Shown here: positions 1 through 11,136 of the stretch, piece by piece
How positions within the stretch are numbered: the stretch's first letter is position 1
How the letters are laid out: every line of letters begins with the position of its first letter
Origin: an uncultured bacterium
Lineage (GTDB): Bacteria > Babelota > Babeliae > Babelales > RVW-14
Assembly: GCA_963759805.1 (NCBI GenBank)
Contig: CAVXAT010000008.1
Location: forward strand, 32,001-96,000
Length of the DNA: 64,000 nt
Direction of reading: 5' to 3'
Notes under the pieces: generated by a model
What the model saw: the letters and a program-made list of their open reading frames with translations, nothing else
Database searches by the model: none
Told to the model about the DNA's origin: nothing
Made by a program: the position numbers and the translations under genes

Positions 1-555
1 CAGACACAAATCACCATCCCCATTGTAAAAGAAAAAATTATCTTCATCGATATACTCAACTTCTTTAAGTACAGAATTTAAATATAGTCCATGATTCACA
101 TAAATTTTATCACCCAACGTCAAATTAACATGGTAAGGATCCTCCGTTGACCAATTACGCCAAAAAAAAGCCACTGCTCCAATTTTTTCACCCTGCTGTA
201 AGTTTTTTTCAAACAGGCTGATCCCATTAACAATCGCACCGGGAACAATCAGGCAGTCGTCGCTCAGCATGCAGACAAATTTGCCCTGAGCACATTTGAA
301 TGCAAGGTTCATAAAATACCCCCACGACCTACGTTCAATCCTTTTTCCCAGCCATTCTCCGCGATTATGCTGAACAATTGTTATTATATCTTTCTGTTCT
401 ACAAGCCACTGCAAAGTTCCGTCTTGAGAACCACCATCAACAACTATTATTTCATGCGATAAATCTTTAACTTCTTGTCGTATACTATCAATCGTGAGAT
501 TTAGAAAATCTAAGCGATTATATGAGCCAAGAACGATTGAAACAATTGGATTCAT
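1..555 (-). CDS. Glycosyltransferase family 2 (3' end runs off the window; not in ORF track)
   Basis: Manual translation from ATG at 555: MNPIVSIVLGSYNRLDFL...IIVVDGGSQDGT...FVCMLSDDCL, typical GT2 N-terminal motifs; frame open to the window edge. Confidence 0.85.
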   Translation of the reverse strand, partial: MNPIVSIVLGSYNRLDFLNLTIDSIRQEVKDLSHEIIVVDGGSQDGTLQWLVEQKDIITIVQHNRGEWLGKRIERRSWGYFMNLAFKCAQGKFVCMLSDDCLIVPGAIVNGISLFEKNLQQGEKIGAVAFFWRNWSTEDPYHVNLTLGDKIYVNHGLYLNSVLKEVEYIDEDNFFFYNGDGDLCL

Positions 556-562
556 AGAAACC

Positions 563-2305
563 TTAAGTTATACTATTTAAAACAATAAATTTATTATTTT
601 TGTAATCCCACGTAAGAAATTTAGCATCATGATGGAAATACTTTTTATCGTTGAAAACAATTGATATATCATAAATTTTATTTTCCTGGAATGGAATAAT
701 CACAAAATCGTCCTTATCATGAATATAAGCCTCAGAACGTTCATCTCCACTGTCCACGCAATTGAACCATAATTTTTTTTTATCAAGCGTGGTAAATCTG
801 TAAGAATTTTTATCCACTCTAATTAGCAAGTCGTTTTTAATCCCTATATTTGAGCCACATATTCTAATTTTGTGATCCCAATAACAATTAACAGCAACCT
901 TACTAATGCCGTATATTTCGAGAGAATGTGGAACACAACTATTGCAACTAACCTCCGTTGGCAAATTAAAAATAAAAAGTGGCGTATATTGCAACGTCTT
1001 GCCAGCCGACTTCTTTAATTCATCTAGGGAAAGAAATGAACTTTCTTTGGCATCGAAATAACGCCGTCGCCCCTGAATAAAAAAAACAAAGTTATACACT
1101 ACAAAAAAAGAAAGCACAAACACACCGCAAAATCTTGCAAAGCGATATTTTTTTAAAAACGTAAATTTAAAAAGAGAGATAAATGATAACATAAATAAAA
1201 TCGACGGCTCATAAAAAGATCGGTCATTGAAAGACCCATACCCACAAATAATTACAGGCCAAAAAAGCAATCCCGTACAAGCCGCCAAAATCAAAATTAA
1301 TTTTTTTTTGGTGCTGGTAAAAAAAAGTATTAACGGAATGGAAAGAGTGAAAATTTTTATAAGCCTGTAAAGCCATAAAAGGTTGTGAAGCTCAAAAAAA
1401 TGTACACTGTATAGTGGATGAAAACATCCTAAAAAATAAAGATATAAGCAGCGAATAGTATCCATGGTTAAATACCTAGTAAAAAACATATGTAGATAGC
1501 CCGTTGTCTCACCACTTGAAAAAACAATTGGATACGCAATTTGCCTTAAGAAGCAGTAACCCAAAACAGTTAATCCGAAACCTATCAATATTTTTAGCTG
1601 TGTAGTTATTTTTTTAAATCTATAATACTGCGATTGTTCATATAAATTCATGATTAAAATAGCTATCAGTGGAAAAACAACAAAAGTTTCTCTTGTACAT
1701 AAAGAAAAAAAGAAGAAAATGTATGAGGCCAACGGCAAAGCGTTTTTACTTTGAGCCATTCTTATTTTTTTAATTAGAAAAATAACTGCCAATATGGCAA
1801 AAAATGTTGCAAAAATATGTTGTTGATGATCCCACGTTCCGATCAAATAATGTGATGGGTGAAAAGCAAAAAACAATGAAAATAAAATAGCAAAAAAATT
1901 CCCCGTAAATGGAATAATAAAATAACAAAACATTGAGGTAATGACTGAGTGAAAAAATATTAAAAACATAAAATGCATGTATGCGTTTAAACCAAACAAG
2001 CTGTATTCCAAAAAATAGAATATCAGAGATAAAGGCCTGTAATAAACCGAAAAAAAGGTTTGTCTACAAAACTCAAAGGGATGATCCAACGACGCATAGC
2101 TATCAAGCGATCCATGAATAAAAAAATCTAAAAAATCTCTAACTGATCTTAATTTATAACATCTAAAAAGTTGTGGGAAATCCCCACCATTAAAATACCA
2201 TCTTGAATTCATTAATATAAAAATTAAAAAAACAAGCCCAAATATGACTAATGAGACAATCTTTCTTGAATGTTTTTTTGCGAATTCTTTATACAAGACC
2301 GGCAT
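563..2305 (-). CDS. Multi-TM GT-C-like (TMTC/PMT/ArnT-like) membrane glycosyltransferase, paralog 1
   Basis: Many hydrophobic segments; motifs FFSVYYRPL, FGLNAY, FFAFHP, RETF; soluble C-terminal domain ending LTWDYKNNKF. Confidence 0.6.
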   Translation of the reverse strand: MPVLYKEFAKKHSRKIVSLVIFGLVFLIFILMNSRWYFNGGDFPQLFRCYKLRSVRDFLDFFIHGSLDSYASLDHPFEFCRQTFFSVYYRPLSLIFYFLEYSLFGLNAYMHFMFLIFFHSVITSMFCYFIIPFTGNFFAILFSLFFAFHPSHYLIGTWDHQQHIFATFFAILAVIFLIKKIRMAQSKNALPLASYIFFFFSLCTRETFVVFPLIAILIMNLYEQSQYYRFKKITTQLKILIGFGLTVLGYCFLRQIAYPIVFSSGETTGYLHMFFTRYLTMDTIRCLYLYFLGCFHPLYSVHFFELHNLLWLYRLIKIFTLSIPLILFFTSTKKKLILILAACTGLLFWPVIICGYGSFNDRSFYEPSILFMLSFISLFKFTFLKKYRFARFCGVFVLSFFVVYNFVFFIQGRRRYFDAKESSFLSLDELKKSAGKTLQYTPLFIFNLPTEVSCNSCVPHSLEIYGISKVAVNCYWDHKIRICGSNIGIKNDLLIRVDKNSYRFTTLDKKKLWFNCVDSGDERSEAYIHDKDDFVIIPFQENKIYDISIVFNDKKYFHHDAKFLTWDYKNNKFIVLNSIT

Positions 2306-2435
2306 TCTACCTTCCACAATAACCCTTCTCGTGCTTTTTTTAAAAAAAATATTCGATTTACATTTAAATCAAAGCTATATAAATTTCAAATTTAAGCGTA
2401 CTAAATTAAAATCAAAATTTAAACAGGAGATAGTA

Positions 2436-4181
2436 ATGGTACGGTCGTATCTGAAAAATTATAAATTCGTTCTTTCTATCGCCATTTTTTTAATAATATT
2501 CTGTATTTTAGGGCTCCCTTGGACAAACTGGTGGTTCAATGGAGGCGATGACTTCAGCGCAATATTTTCTGCGTATAAAATTAAAAATTGGAGAGAACTT
2601 TGGGATGCAATAATTCGAGGAAATACTGGATTTATGGCAAATCCAACAAATTTTGTAGCCCAAACCTGCCAACCAAGTTTTTTTTCCGTTTATTTCCGCC
2701 CACTTCATGTACTACTCTTCACAACTGAGTATCTGGTTATTTGGAACAAATGCATACTTGTACTTATTAACAAACGTGCTTTTTCACGCAATCAATACAG
2801 TTCTTTTGTTCAACATATTTTTATGGTTTACAGATTATATCCCGGCATTGATTACAGCCCTGATTTTCGCATTCCATCCTCAAATTGCATTCAGATTCGG
2901 AGCCATTGTAAACATCCAGTACTACATAAATTTAACACTTATCCTTTTTGCAATCACGCTTTTTAAAAAATTTCTGGACACCCAAAAATGGCGTTATAAC
3001 ATTTTTTCAGCTCTATTTCTTACAACGTCTATATTTATAAGAGAAACAATGCTTGTTCTGCCCGCAATAATCTTCATGAGTACTTATCTTTACAAAAATA
3101 AGCAATACTCTATTAAATCGTTTTTCACGCAGTTTATAGAATTATTTAAAATAGCGCTCCCGTCAATTATTGCGGCGTGCACATACCTGTTGGTTACGGG
3201 CATATAACTATCCATTAAAACTTTCACAATCACTAACACAATTAGCACTTTCAAACCCACCACTTTTAAATACATCACTTTTAAGCACACTTAAGAATCG
3301 CCTTCCGGAACTTAAAGTTATAATCTATGACCTATTCTGCCTATCATGGCTACCATGGGGATGCAAAACAGTTCGAGCAATTGTTTTAATTCTCATTTTT
3401 TCATCACTTCTGTTTCTTTTTATTAAAACAAAAAATAAACTCACTGCTCTATCTTGTTTTATATTTACAGGCATTTTACTATGGCCCAGCTTCGTTATTT
3501 GTAACAGCCCAAGATATTTATACGAAGCCTATCCATTTTTTTTGGCAGGAATATTACTGCTGTTCACCGGATGCACATTTAAATATAAACGAATTAAACC
3601 CATAATAACTATTATGGCAAGTGTGTTCTTAATTTTCTTAATACTGTTTTCTATAGAAAATTTTGCAGCAAGAACAAAAAAAATGACTCTATTTTCTTCT
3701 GCGCTTAAGCAACTTGCTGTCAATCCCAAAATTCAGAATCGCCCTTTATGCTTTTTGGCATACCCATCTGATGGACTTGGAGACAACTTTGCTTCAATTT
3801 TATGGTTAATGCTTAAAAATCCAAATATCCCAATTTATTTTGATTCTAAAACGATGATTACACAACATGATTCAAATCTATTTAAAAATAAAAAATGGCG
3901 ACTATTCTGCATCTGAGTACTTTGATAAAAATTATTTAAAAATAATAATTTTGAAAAATGGGTTTAGATTAACATCTCTTGATCCGCAAAAGGTTGCCTT
4001 CTATACACAAAAACCGTCTTTCTCAATTGGACAAACAATCACACATAAAACAGAACTAGTAACTGGAGAAATCTTAATCACAGATTTAACATTAATAATT
4101 GATGCAAAAATATTACAACAAAATCCATTGTTTATCTGGTGGGATTATGAAAAACAAAATTTTGTAATTTATGATAAATAG
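2436..4181 (+). pseudogene. GT-C-like membrane protein, paralog 2; split by ~3 frameshifts (possibly sequencing errors)
   Basis: AGGAGA RBS before ATG 2436; ORFs 2244-2966, 2707-3207, 3170-3916 and 3867-4181 join into one paralog (GGDDF, FFSVYFRPL, FGTNAY, FAFHP, RETM, WWDYEKQNF). Confidence 0.65.
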
Positions 4182-4214
4182 AGATCAAAAAGAAAATCAT
4201 CTTACAATTGCAAC

Positions 4215-5327
4215 TTAAACACTTTTATAAACATCGCCGGTCTGTCGTGCAGCCACCTCCCATGAAAAATTTTTTGCTTGAGCAATGCCTTTGGATATCA
4301 AATCCGAACGTAAGTTTTTATTTTCAATAACTTGGCAAACTGCTTGAGATATTGAATTACTACTCCGCCCATCAAAATATAACGCCGCATCCTGACCTAC
4401 CTCTCTTAAAGCCGCACAATTACTTGCAACAACTGGACACCTACAAGCAAATGCCTCAAGCATGGGCAATCCAAAGCCTTCATATAAAGATGGAAAAACA
4501 AAAGCAAGCGCTTTTTTGTATAAATAAACTAACTGAGAATCACTAACAAAGTAACGTAAAATTTGGTTTTTTATCCCATTGCTAGCAAGAAACAACGCTT
4601 CTTCGCTTGTAAAGTCAGGCCCGCCAACACAAATAACATTCAAATTTTTATCTTTTTGAAGCATTGGAGATATCGATTCTATAAAAAAAATAAAGTTTTT
4701 ATAACGCCCTCTAGCTCCTATAAAAAGCAAGAATTTTTCAGGAACAGCAATCGGCTCACACAAATTTATATCTAATGAATTGGCATGATATATTACTTTT
4801 ATTTTACTTTCGTTAATTCCGTAAAATTTAATAATATCGTTTTTAGTATTTTGGGAAATTGTTATGATTTTTGCTGCATTTTGAACCAATACTCGCTTTC
4901 TTGAAAGAGAAATATCATTTGAGTCAAAAAACTCACCGGCATAAATTTCATGTATCATATCATGAATAGTTATAACAAATGGCTTATTATCCAAAAGCTC
5001 CAAAAAATACGGATCGTAATCAGTTGGATGAAAAACATCGAACCTCCCATGTGATAAACAAAGCCTGCTTGAAACTCTGTTTAATTTTTGTAAAATTTTT
5101 AAAACTCGATAACTGCCCTTAAATTCTTTGCCCTCTAAAAATGCATAAGTTCTAACTTTTTTTAGCTCTTTTAGATAAATATTTTCCGAATAGATCAGGG
5201 GCATTTTGTAATCAATTAAGGCTTTGTTTTCAAAAGCTTTAAACAACTGACTGAAATATCTGGAAATTCCACCAGCTTTCTGTCCAAAAATCTGATCATC
5301 AAAAAGAACTTTTATCATGTTTTTCAA
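4215..5327 (-). CDS. Glycosyltransferase family 4 (group 1)
   Basis: GGISRY, TIHDMIHE and FVFPSLYEGFGLPMLEA motifs. Confidence 0.9.
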   Translation of the reverse strand: MKNMIKVLFDDQIFGQKAGGISRYFSQLFKAFENKALIDYKMPLIYSENIYLKELKKVRTYAFLEGKEFKGSYRVLKILQKLNRVSSRLCLSHGRFDVFHPTDYDPYFLELLDNKPFVITIHDMIHEIYAGEFFDSNDISLSRKRVLVQNAAKIITISQNTKNDIIKFYGINESKIKVIYHANSLDINLCEPIAVPEKFLLFIGARGRYKNFIFFIESISPMLQKDKNLNVICVGGPDFTSEEALFLASNGIKNQILRYFVSDSQLVYLYKKALAFVFPSLYEGFGLPMLEAFACRCPVVASNCAALREVGQDAALYFDGRSSNSISQAVCQVIENKNLRSDLISKGIAQAKNFSWEVAARQTGDVYKSV

Positions 5328-5338
5328 CGCTATTAATC

Positions 5339-6304
5339 TTATGTTTTCGTTAAGTTTAATAATTTTTTTAAATATTTTTTTAAAAAAATTAAGAATCTAT
5401 ATCGAAAAGGCTTTATAATCCGCATATTTTTGTGAGTTATTATTTCAAATCTTTGGTTTACTTCTATATTTCCCAAAAAAGAAATTTTACTAACATCCAG
5501 CCTTCTTAATGGAATATCCAAAAAAATACTTTTCCCACTACCGTGCGCACCAATCACACCTATATTTGATACCAAGTTTAGCCTTGGATTAAGACTCAAG
5601 CCATCATTAAAAATACAGCAGTATGCCCACTGATAATCCCATGTATCTATCTTTTTATTAATAATCTTGTCAAAATTCTCACACCAATACCCTGCAACAG
5701 ATCGATTTTTAAATATCTTATGCAATTTATTTATTCTTGCATCTCTTTGCGTTTCCCAATCGAGCAGTTCAAAATCATATAAGCTCCAAGCCCTCTTCCA
5801 TGTAGCCCATCCCCAGATTAAGAATGTTCTTGAAAAAAAATAGTCACCGGACGAAAAAAATAAGTTTGAAACTCCAGTTTTATTAAAAAGAAAATTTGTG
5901 CCACTAATCATCATAACTTGTTTATCAAGGCGATACTTATCCAGCATTACAGAACAAAATTCAAAGAACGATTCGTCAGGCAGGCAGTCATCTTCAAGAA
6001 TTATACCCTCTTCAACATGTTCAAAAAACCAGTTAATTGCAGAACTTACAGCCTTTCCACACCCCATATTTTCGTTTCTGAAGAGAGTAGAAATTTGGCA
6101 ATCCCAATCTATCTCATTAATTACTTTACGGGCTTGCGAACAATTGATCGCGTCACTCGACATTGCCAGGCCTAGGCCCATCCGCGGCTATAAAAAGTTT
6201 TTTGGTTTTACCTTTTTTATTTGATTAAAGACAAGCTTCGTGGTGCTGGGCCTATTAAAAATAATAAACAAAATAGGAGTTTTAAAGTCTGGAATACTCA
6301 TCAT
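5339..6304 (-). pseudogene. GT-A nucleotide-diphospho-sugar transferase; frameshifted near 6160-6200 (possibly sequencing errors)
   Basis: N-terminus TPILFIIFNRP in ORF 6188-6403, IAADGPR in another frame, then NMGCGKAVSSAINWFF, IILEDDC, WGWATW, TWDYQW in ORF 5339-6181. Confidence 0.7.
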
Positions 6305-7916
6305 TAATGCCTTATATAAATTTGGTACAACTTTAATATCAAACTCATCATTAAATTTATTCCAAATAAGCAATGTTATAAATTTTGCTTTATATTCCGA
6401 CAACCATTTACAGAAAAGCTTAAACTTCGCATCGTCCAGACATGAGCATCGGATCCATAAGATATTTTAGGTTGCTATTATGCATAAAATTAAGTTGAAC
6501 CGCTTCAATAATTCCAACATTATAGTTCGCATTATCAAATTCTCTTGTATTTAGAACAATTATAGGATTATCACTTAATTCTGCATGATGGAATTTTTTT
6601 AATTTCTCTAAAGCATTAGAAAAATTACTCCAATTCTTTGATCCAATTTGCTGCGAATGCATTATTGTAAGACAATTGATTAATATGAGTGGTAAAAAAA
6701 TCGTCCCAATAATATATTTATATATTTTTATTTCAGCATATTTATTGCATTGCAAAAGTATACCGACAATACAGACATACAAATGGCAAGAATTCATAAT
6801 AATGTCGTAATCCAAAACATGGCCCAATCCATTTGGTCCAAGATAATAAAATAATACTTATGATACCAAAAAAAATGTATCCCTTTTGCTTATTTATTAA
6901 AAATAAATATCCCAATATTAGTAAAAATAAGTTTTTTATCAACTTGTATAAAAAAATGATACTGTTATTTTTGCAAAAAAAATAAACTTTATAATTAATA
7001 AATACAGAAATTAGCATGCAGTACAATTCTTGAACAAACCCAAACGCTGCAGTTTTTAATGCACCAATCGATCGCAAGATGGGAAATGAGAAACGACCAG
7101 CACAATGCATTGAAAAATTAATCATAGGAAATGGATAATAAATTTGTTTCATAAGAAAGTAGATTAATGTTACACCACTCAAAACACCAACAATCAAAAA
7201 AATTTTATTAAGAGAAATCCTGCTACTGTAAGATTTTCAATGGGATTAATAACAAAATTATTAATGGGGTAATAATAAACGTTTCTCGAATTGATAAACA
7301 AAATAGATACATCATGCCAAATGCAATAAACAAAAATCTTGAATTCCTGCTTGTTAAAAGTAAACGCATTAAAAAAAACCCTAAAAGTAAAAAAAATAAC
7401 AAATCAATTTGATGCTGTTGAGTATCAATTTTACCGAACCAATCGATTAAAGTTGCATTAAAAGTAAAAAAAATGGCACATAAAAATGATATCCATGTTT
7501 TAAAAAAATTTTTAAAAATATAAAACAATAGGAGTGAATTAATTATATGAAGTAAAACAATAAACAGATTGTATAAATAGGCATTTAGTCCAAAAAGATG
7601 ATATTCTATAAAATTTGTCAGCAACAATCCTGGGCCGATAACATGAATCAAAAAAACAATATCTTTCTGCATTCTTCACGCTAGGATTAAGCGGATTTTG
7701 AGTCCCTGCAAGATTCATCACATTGGCTTGTACAAAAATAATTTTTCCAAAATCCTTCGGATTCTCAATTTCACTTGCACGATAAAGAATCGAATAATCT
7801 TCTGCTATAAAATTCCACTCTCTGCACGAAACTATAAAAACTAAGATGCATAAAATGGTTATAGCAATATAAGGCAAAAAAGGAACCCATCTTCGATTTA
7901 ACAAAAAACTTAACAT
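6305..7916 (-). pseudogene. GT-C-like membrane protein, paralog 3; fragmented into ~5 frames
   Basis: ORFs 7539-7916, 7223-7672, 6742-7197, 6420-6827 and 6188-6403 carry successive paralog motifs (AEDY, CYRP, FGLNAYLY, RETF, YYEFLPF, AVQLNFM, LLIWN). Confidence 0.65.
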
Positions 7917-7932
7917 CTATTCTCCAGTAAAT

Positions 7933-9024
7933 TCAAGCAAAGAATGATTTTAAAATACTATCAACTAAAAATACCCCTTTTCCACCAACACAATCTTTCA
8001 TTACTCCACTAAAGTCGGATCTATTAAAAAAGTAGTTATATACATTTAATCGAGAGTGATGATTCAGAAATCTTCTCATTTTTTTATTTACGTAATCCTC
8101 ATACCCACCAGTGGCAATCTTCCCAGTGGCAACAGCCATAAAAATCTCTTTCTAAAGATAAATTTGGCAAGATAAAAATTAAATCCGGATTGCATGTGCC
8201 AAAATAAAACCTTTTTTTTATAAAAGCAATCTTTACCATCTTCTCTTTTACATAAAAAATAATCTATGCCATTTTCTCGAACACACTTCAAATACGGAAA
8301 ATTATCATCATACATGTGAATATAATGCGGATTCTGAAAAACCATATAATCATAAAGTGCCAACGAGATCTTTTCAACGGAGCTCTGAATTATTCGACCA
8401 GTATGCATAAGATGGGATATAAAATCCTGATCACTTGTGATAATTGGCCTAAATCTTGATCCGGCCCAACGAGTCCTAAAAGAAATTTCCCATCCAGCTC
8501 GTTCCTGCCAGGCCTTGGAAGAGTAGCCTTCGATATCTTCGACAAACTTATCCAACTCACGTTTATAAGATTCAAACCAAGATAAATCGCTTATAACAGT
8601 AAAAGCAGGACATCCCTGTAGAACAAATGTAAATCCCTGCAATAATTTTTGAATTACTGCCACATCTTCGTTTAAAACTATATCACCATCATAGTGAATT
8701 ATCTGTTCGCCCTTGAAAAAATCATCTATAACTAACCAACGCAGGAAACACTTTTTTTCATAATCCCCAAATCGACTCAATTGCTGGTATTTCTCATCAA
8801 ATTTTTGATACGATAGCAGAACAATCGTGTAAATGGTATCCCAAGGCCACTAAGCTATTCTTATACTTTCGACTTAAACGCTCAAACCCCTGTAAAAACA
8901 ACAATCTGAAATCATTTGAAAAACCAAGCTTTTTATTACGTTTCCCTACAAAATTTAGTGGCACAAAATTTTCAAAGTCAATTTCATTTGAATTGCACCA
9001 GGCAACGATAATATTTTTCATCAC
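7933..9024 (-). pseudogene. Hypothetical glycan-locus protein, possibly GT-A-like; three frameshifted fragments
   Basis: Collinear ORFs 8797-9024, 8088-8780 and 7933-8139; IHYDGDIV resembles a DxD motif. Confidence 0.45.
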
Positions 9025-9348
9025 AATCCAGTTAAATTATTAACTCTCTATTTAATTTAAATAGAGATAAAAAGCTTGTACAAAAAATAAAGTTTTCAGT
9101 AAATAAATTTTCTGTATCATAACAAGTTTAAATATATTTAGCTACATTGCCATGTGGGTACAAACAAAAGTGTTACCCATAGGCACAGGCCGTACCAGAT
9201 GATTTAAACCCAGTCCAATATTTATCCCAAAGATCAACCAGCTTTAATTTGACAATTTATCAACACTATTATTTACTAAACAAAGATTATCTGAATAAAA
9301 CTCAGCGCTTAATTGCAACAATCGAAAATTAATAAAGGAAGAAAAGGC

Positions 9349-11136
9349 ATGTACACTTCAAACAATTATAATTTAAAATACTATGCAATAATATTTGGCA
9401 TTTGCATATTAGCTTTTATTATTCCATGCAAAACAAGGCATTTCACAGGAGAATCTTATTCATCAGTGTACGGCATAATTAACATTGAAAAAACTTACGG
9501 GCTTGATAGTATCAGAAATTTTAAAAAATTTATAACCTGCGATTTAGTTCCATATCTACGAGGGAATACTACAAATGTTCCTGTGCAACATGACAAAACT
9601 TCTTTCTTTGCTTGTTATCACCCTACGCCTTATTCCATACAGCAGGAAACTTCTTATTTTACTTATTATCGCCCAGCACTTTGTCTCACATATCTAATTG
9701 AATACAAATTATTTGGGCTAAATGCATATCTTTACTATTTACTTATCATCTTAATTCACATAATAAATTCATTTCTACTTTTTTATTTTCTAAAATTTTT
9801 ATTCAACGAATTAATTGCCTTAGCGTGCACACTGTTTTTTACTGTAAGTCCTACTTTATTCATATGGCTTGGAGAAATGTGTCGTCAACAAAACCCAATA
9901 GCACTTTTACTATTCCTACTTTCAGTTTTTTTGTTAAAGAGATTCTTAGAAGCAAAAACAAATTACATATATATTTTACCTGCAAGCATTCTATATCTTT
10001 TATGCATTTGCATAAGAGAAACATTTTTAATCACTCCATTTCTATTAATATTAGCAATTCCTCTTGTCCATTCGCAAAAACATATCCTTAAAAAATTATA
10101 CTTCATCCTTGCAGCTTTTATTACAATGGTATTTCTATATTGTATAATGCGATATATATGTTACCCCATAAAAATAAACTCAATAACTATGCCTATGGCA
10201 AATTATCTTGGTATTCTAAAAACAATACTATGCTTGATTCCAAATTATGTTATTAAATTTATTAAAGAATTATACCTAATTTTTGTATCACTGTTTTTCT
10301 ATCACGAATTTTATTTTCTTTGTAAGGCTCACGGCTTAGTTTTTATATATAAAATTATTAAAGATTCTTTATTTTTAGCGCTTGCGATATTATTTATTTT
10401 AAATAAACAGAAAAAAATGTTCTTTTATTTTATTACATGTTTTCTACTCGTTTCATGGCCTTTTTTTCTTATTCAAGCAATGCTATCCTTAAAGGTATGT
10501 TGTTTTTTTTATGAATCATTACCCTTTGCAGCAGCTGCACTTGGAACACTCTTGTTCTATAATGCGAATTCAGAAACAAAAATATTCAAAATACTCCTTT
10601 TTATATTCGCTTTGTTTTTTGTTATATCAAATACAACAGGAATGATGATTTATCAAAATCGCAAATCAAAGGAAGGTAAACAACTCGATTATGCAATTAA
10701 AAATTTGAAGGCTAATAATCATGAAATTCTGAAAGATAAAGTTTTTTTAATTACCAACGTGAAATATATATTTGGAGTGGCACAGGCCGTTCAGTTAAAT
10801 TTCATGGAAAGCAAGATGCCTAAAGCCGTTTTACAAAGTATCGATATATCAACATCAGATCATGACTTAACAAAATATTTAGATGCGATTTTTGACAAGG
10901 CAGATGGCTCAAAAATCATACTTAAAAGCAAAGCCCCTAATATCCTTTGGTTTGAAATACGTCAGCAGTTCAAATATAATGATCTAGAAAGTTGCATAGA
11001 AAAATTTGAAATAAATTCAAACTTTGAACAAAAAATTTACGAATTAACAATATTCCTAAAAAAGGATTTTAGAAGCACAAAACAAGCATTGCTAATTTGG
11101 GATGATGCCTGCAATAAATTTCATGTTATAGTGTAA
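9349..11136 (+). CDS. GT-C-like membrane protein, paralog 4
   Basis: FTYYRPAL, FGLNAYLYY, HIINS, RETF, FYESLPFAAAALG, LIWDDACNKF; close paralog of 20303-22015. Confidence 0.65.
   Translation: MYTSNNYNLKYYAIIFGICILAFIIPCKTRHFTGESYSSVYGIINIEKTYGLDSIRNFKKFITCDLVPYLRGNTTNVPVQHDKTSFFACYHPTPYSIQQETSYFTYYRPALCLTYLIEYKLFGLNAYLYYLLIILIHIINSFLLFYFLKFLFNELIALACTLFFTVSPTLFIWLGEMCRQQNPIALLLFLLSVFLLKRFLEAKTNYIYILPASILYLLCICIRETFLITPFLLILAIPLVHSQKHILKKLYFILAAFITMVFLYCIMRYICYPIKINSITMPMANYLGILKTILCLIPNYVIKFIKELYLIFVSLFFYHEFYFLCKAHGLVFIYKIIKDSLFLALAILFILNKQKKMFFYFITCFLLVSWPFFLIQAMLSLKVCCFFYESLPFAAAALGTLLFYNANSETKIFKILLFIFALFFVISNTTGMMIYQNRKSKEGKQLDYAIKNLKANNHEILKDKVFLITNVKYIFGVAQAVQLNFMESKMPKAVLQSIDISTSDHDLTKYLDAIFDKADGSKIILKSKAPNILWFEIRQQFKYNDLESCIEKFEINSNFEQKIYELTIFLKKDFRSTKQALLIWDDACNKFHVIV

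Noticed and set aside
6188..6403. Apparent in-frame fusion of the GT-C paralog 3 C-terminus to the next glycosyltransferase
   Set aside because: The region is indel-rich and a TAATG stop/start overlap lies at the junction in another frame, so the fusion may be an artefact.
9025..9312. ncRNA or gene remnant in the divergent intergenic gap (TGGGTA…TACCCA hairpin)
   Set aside because: Single weak hairpin, no recognisable family or convincing ORF.
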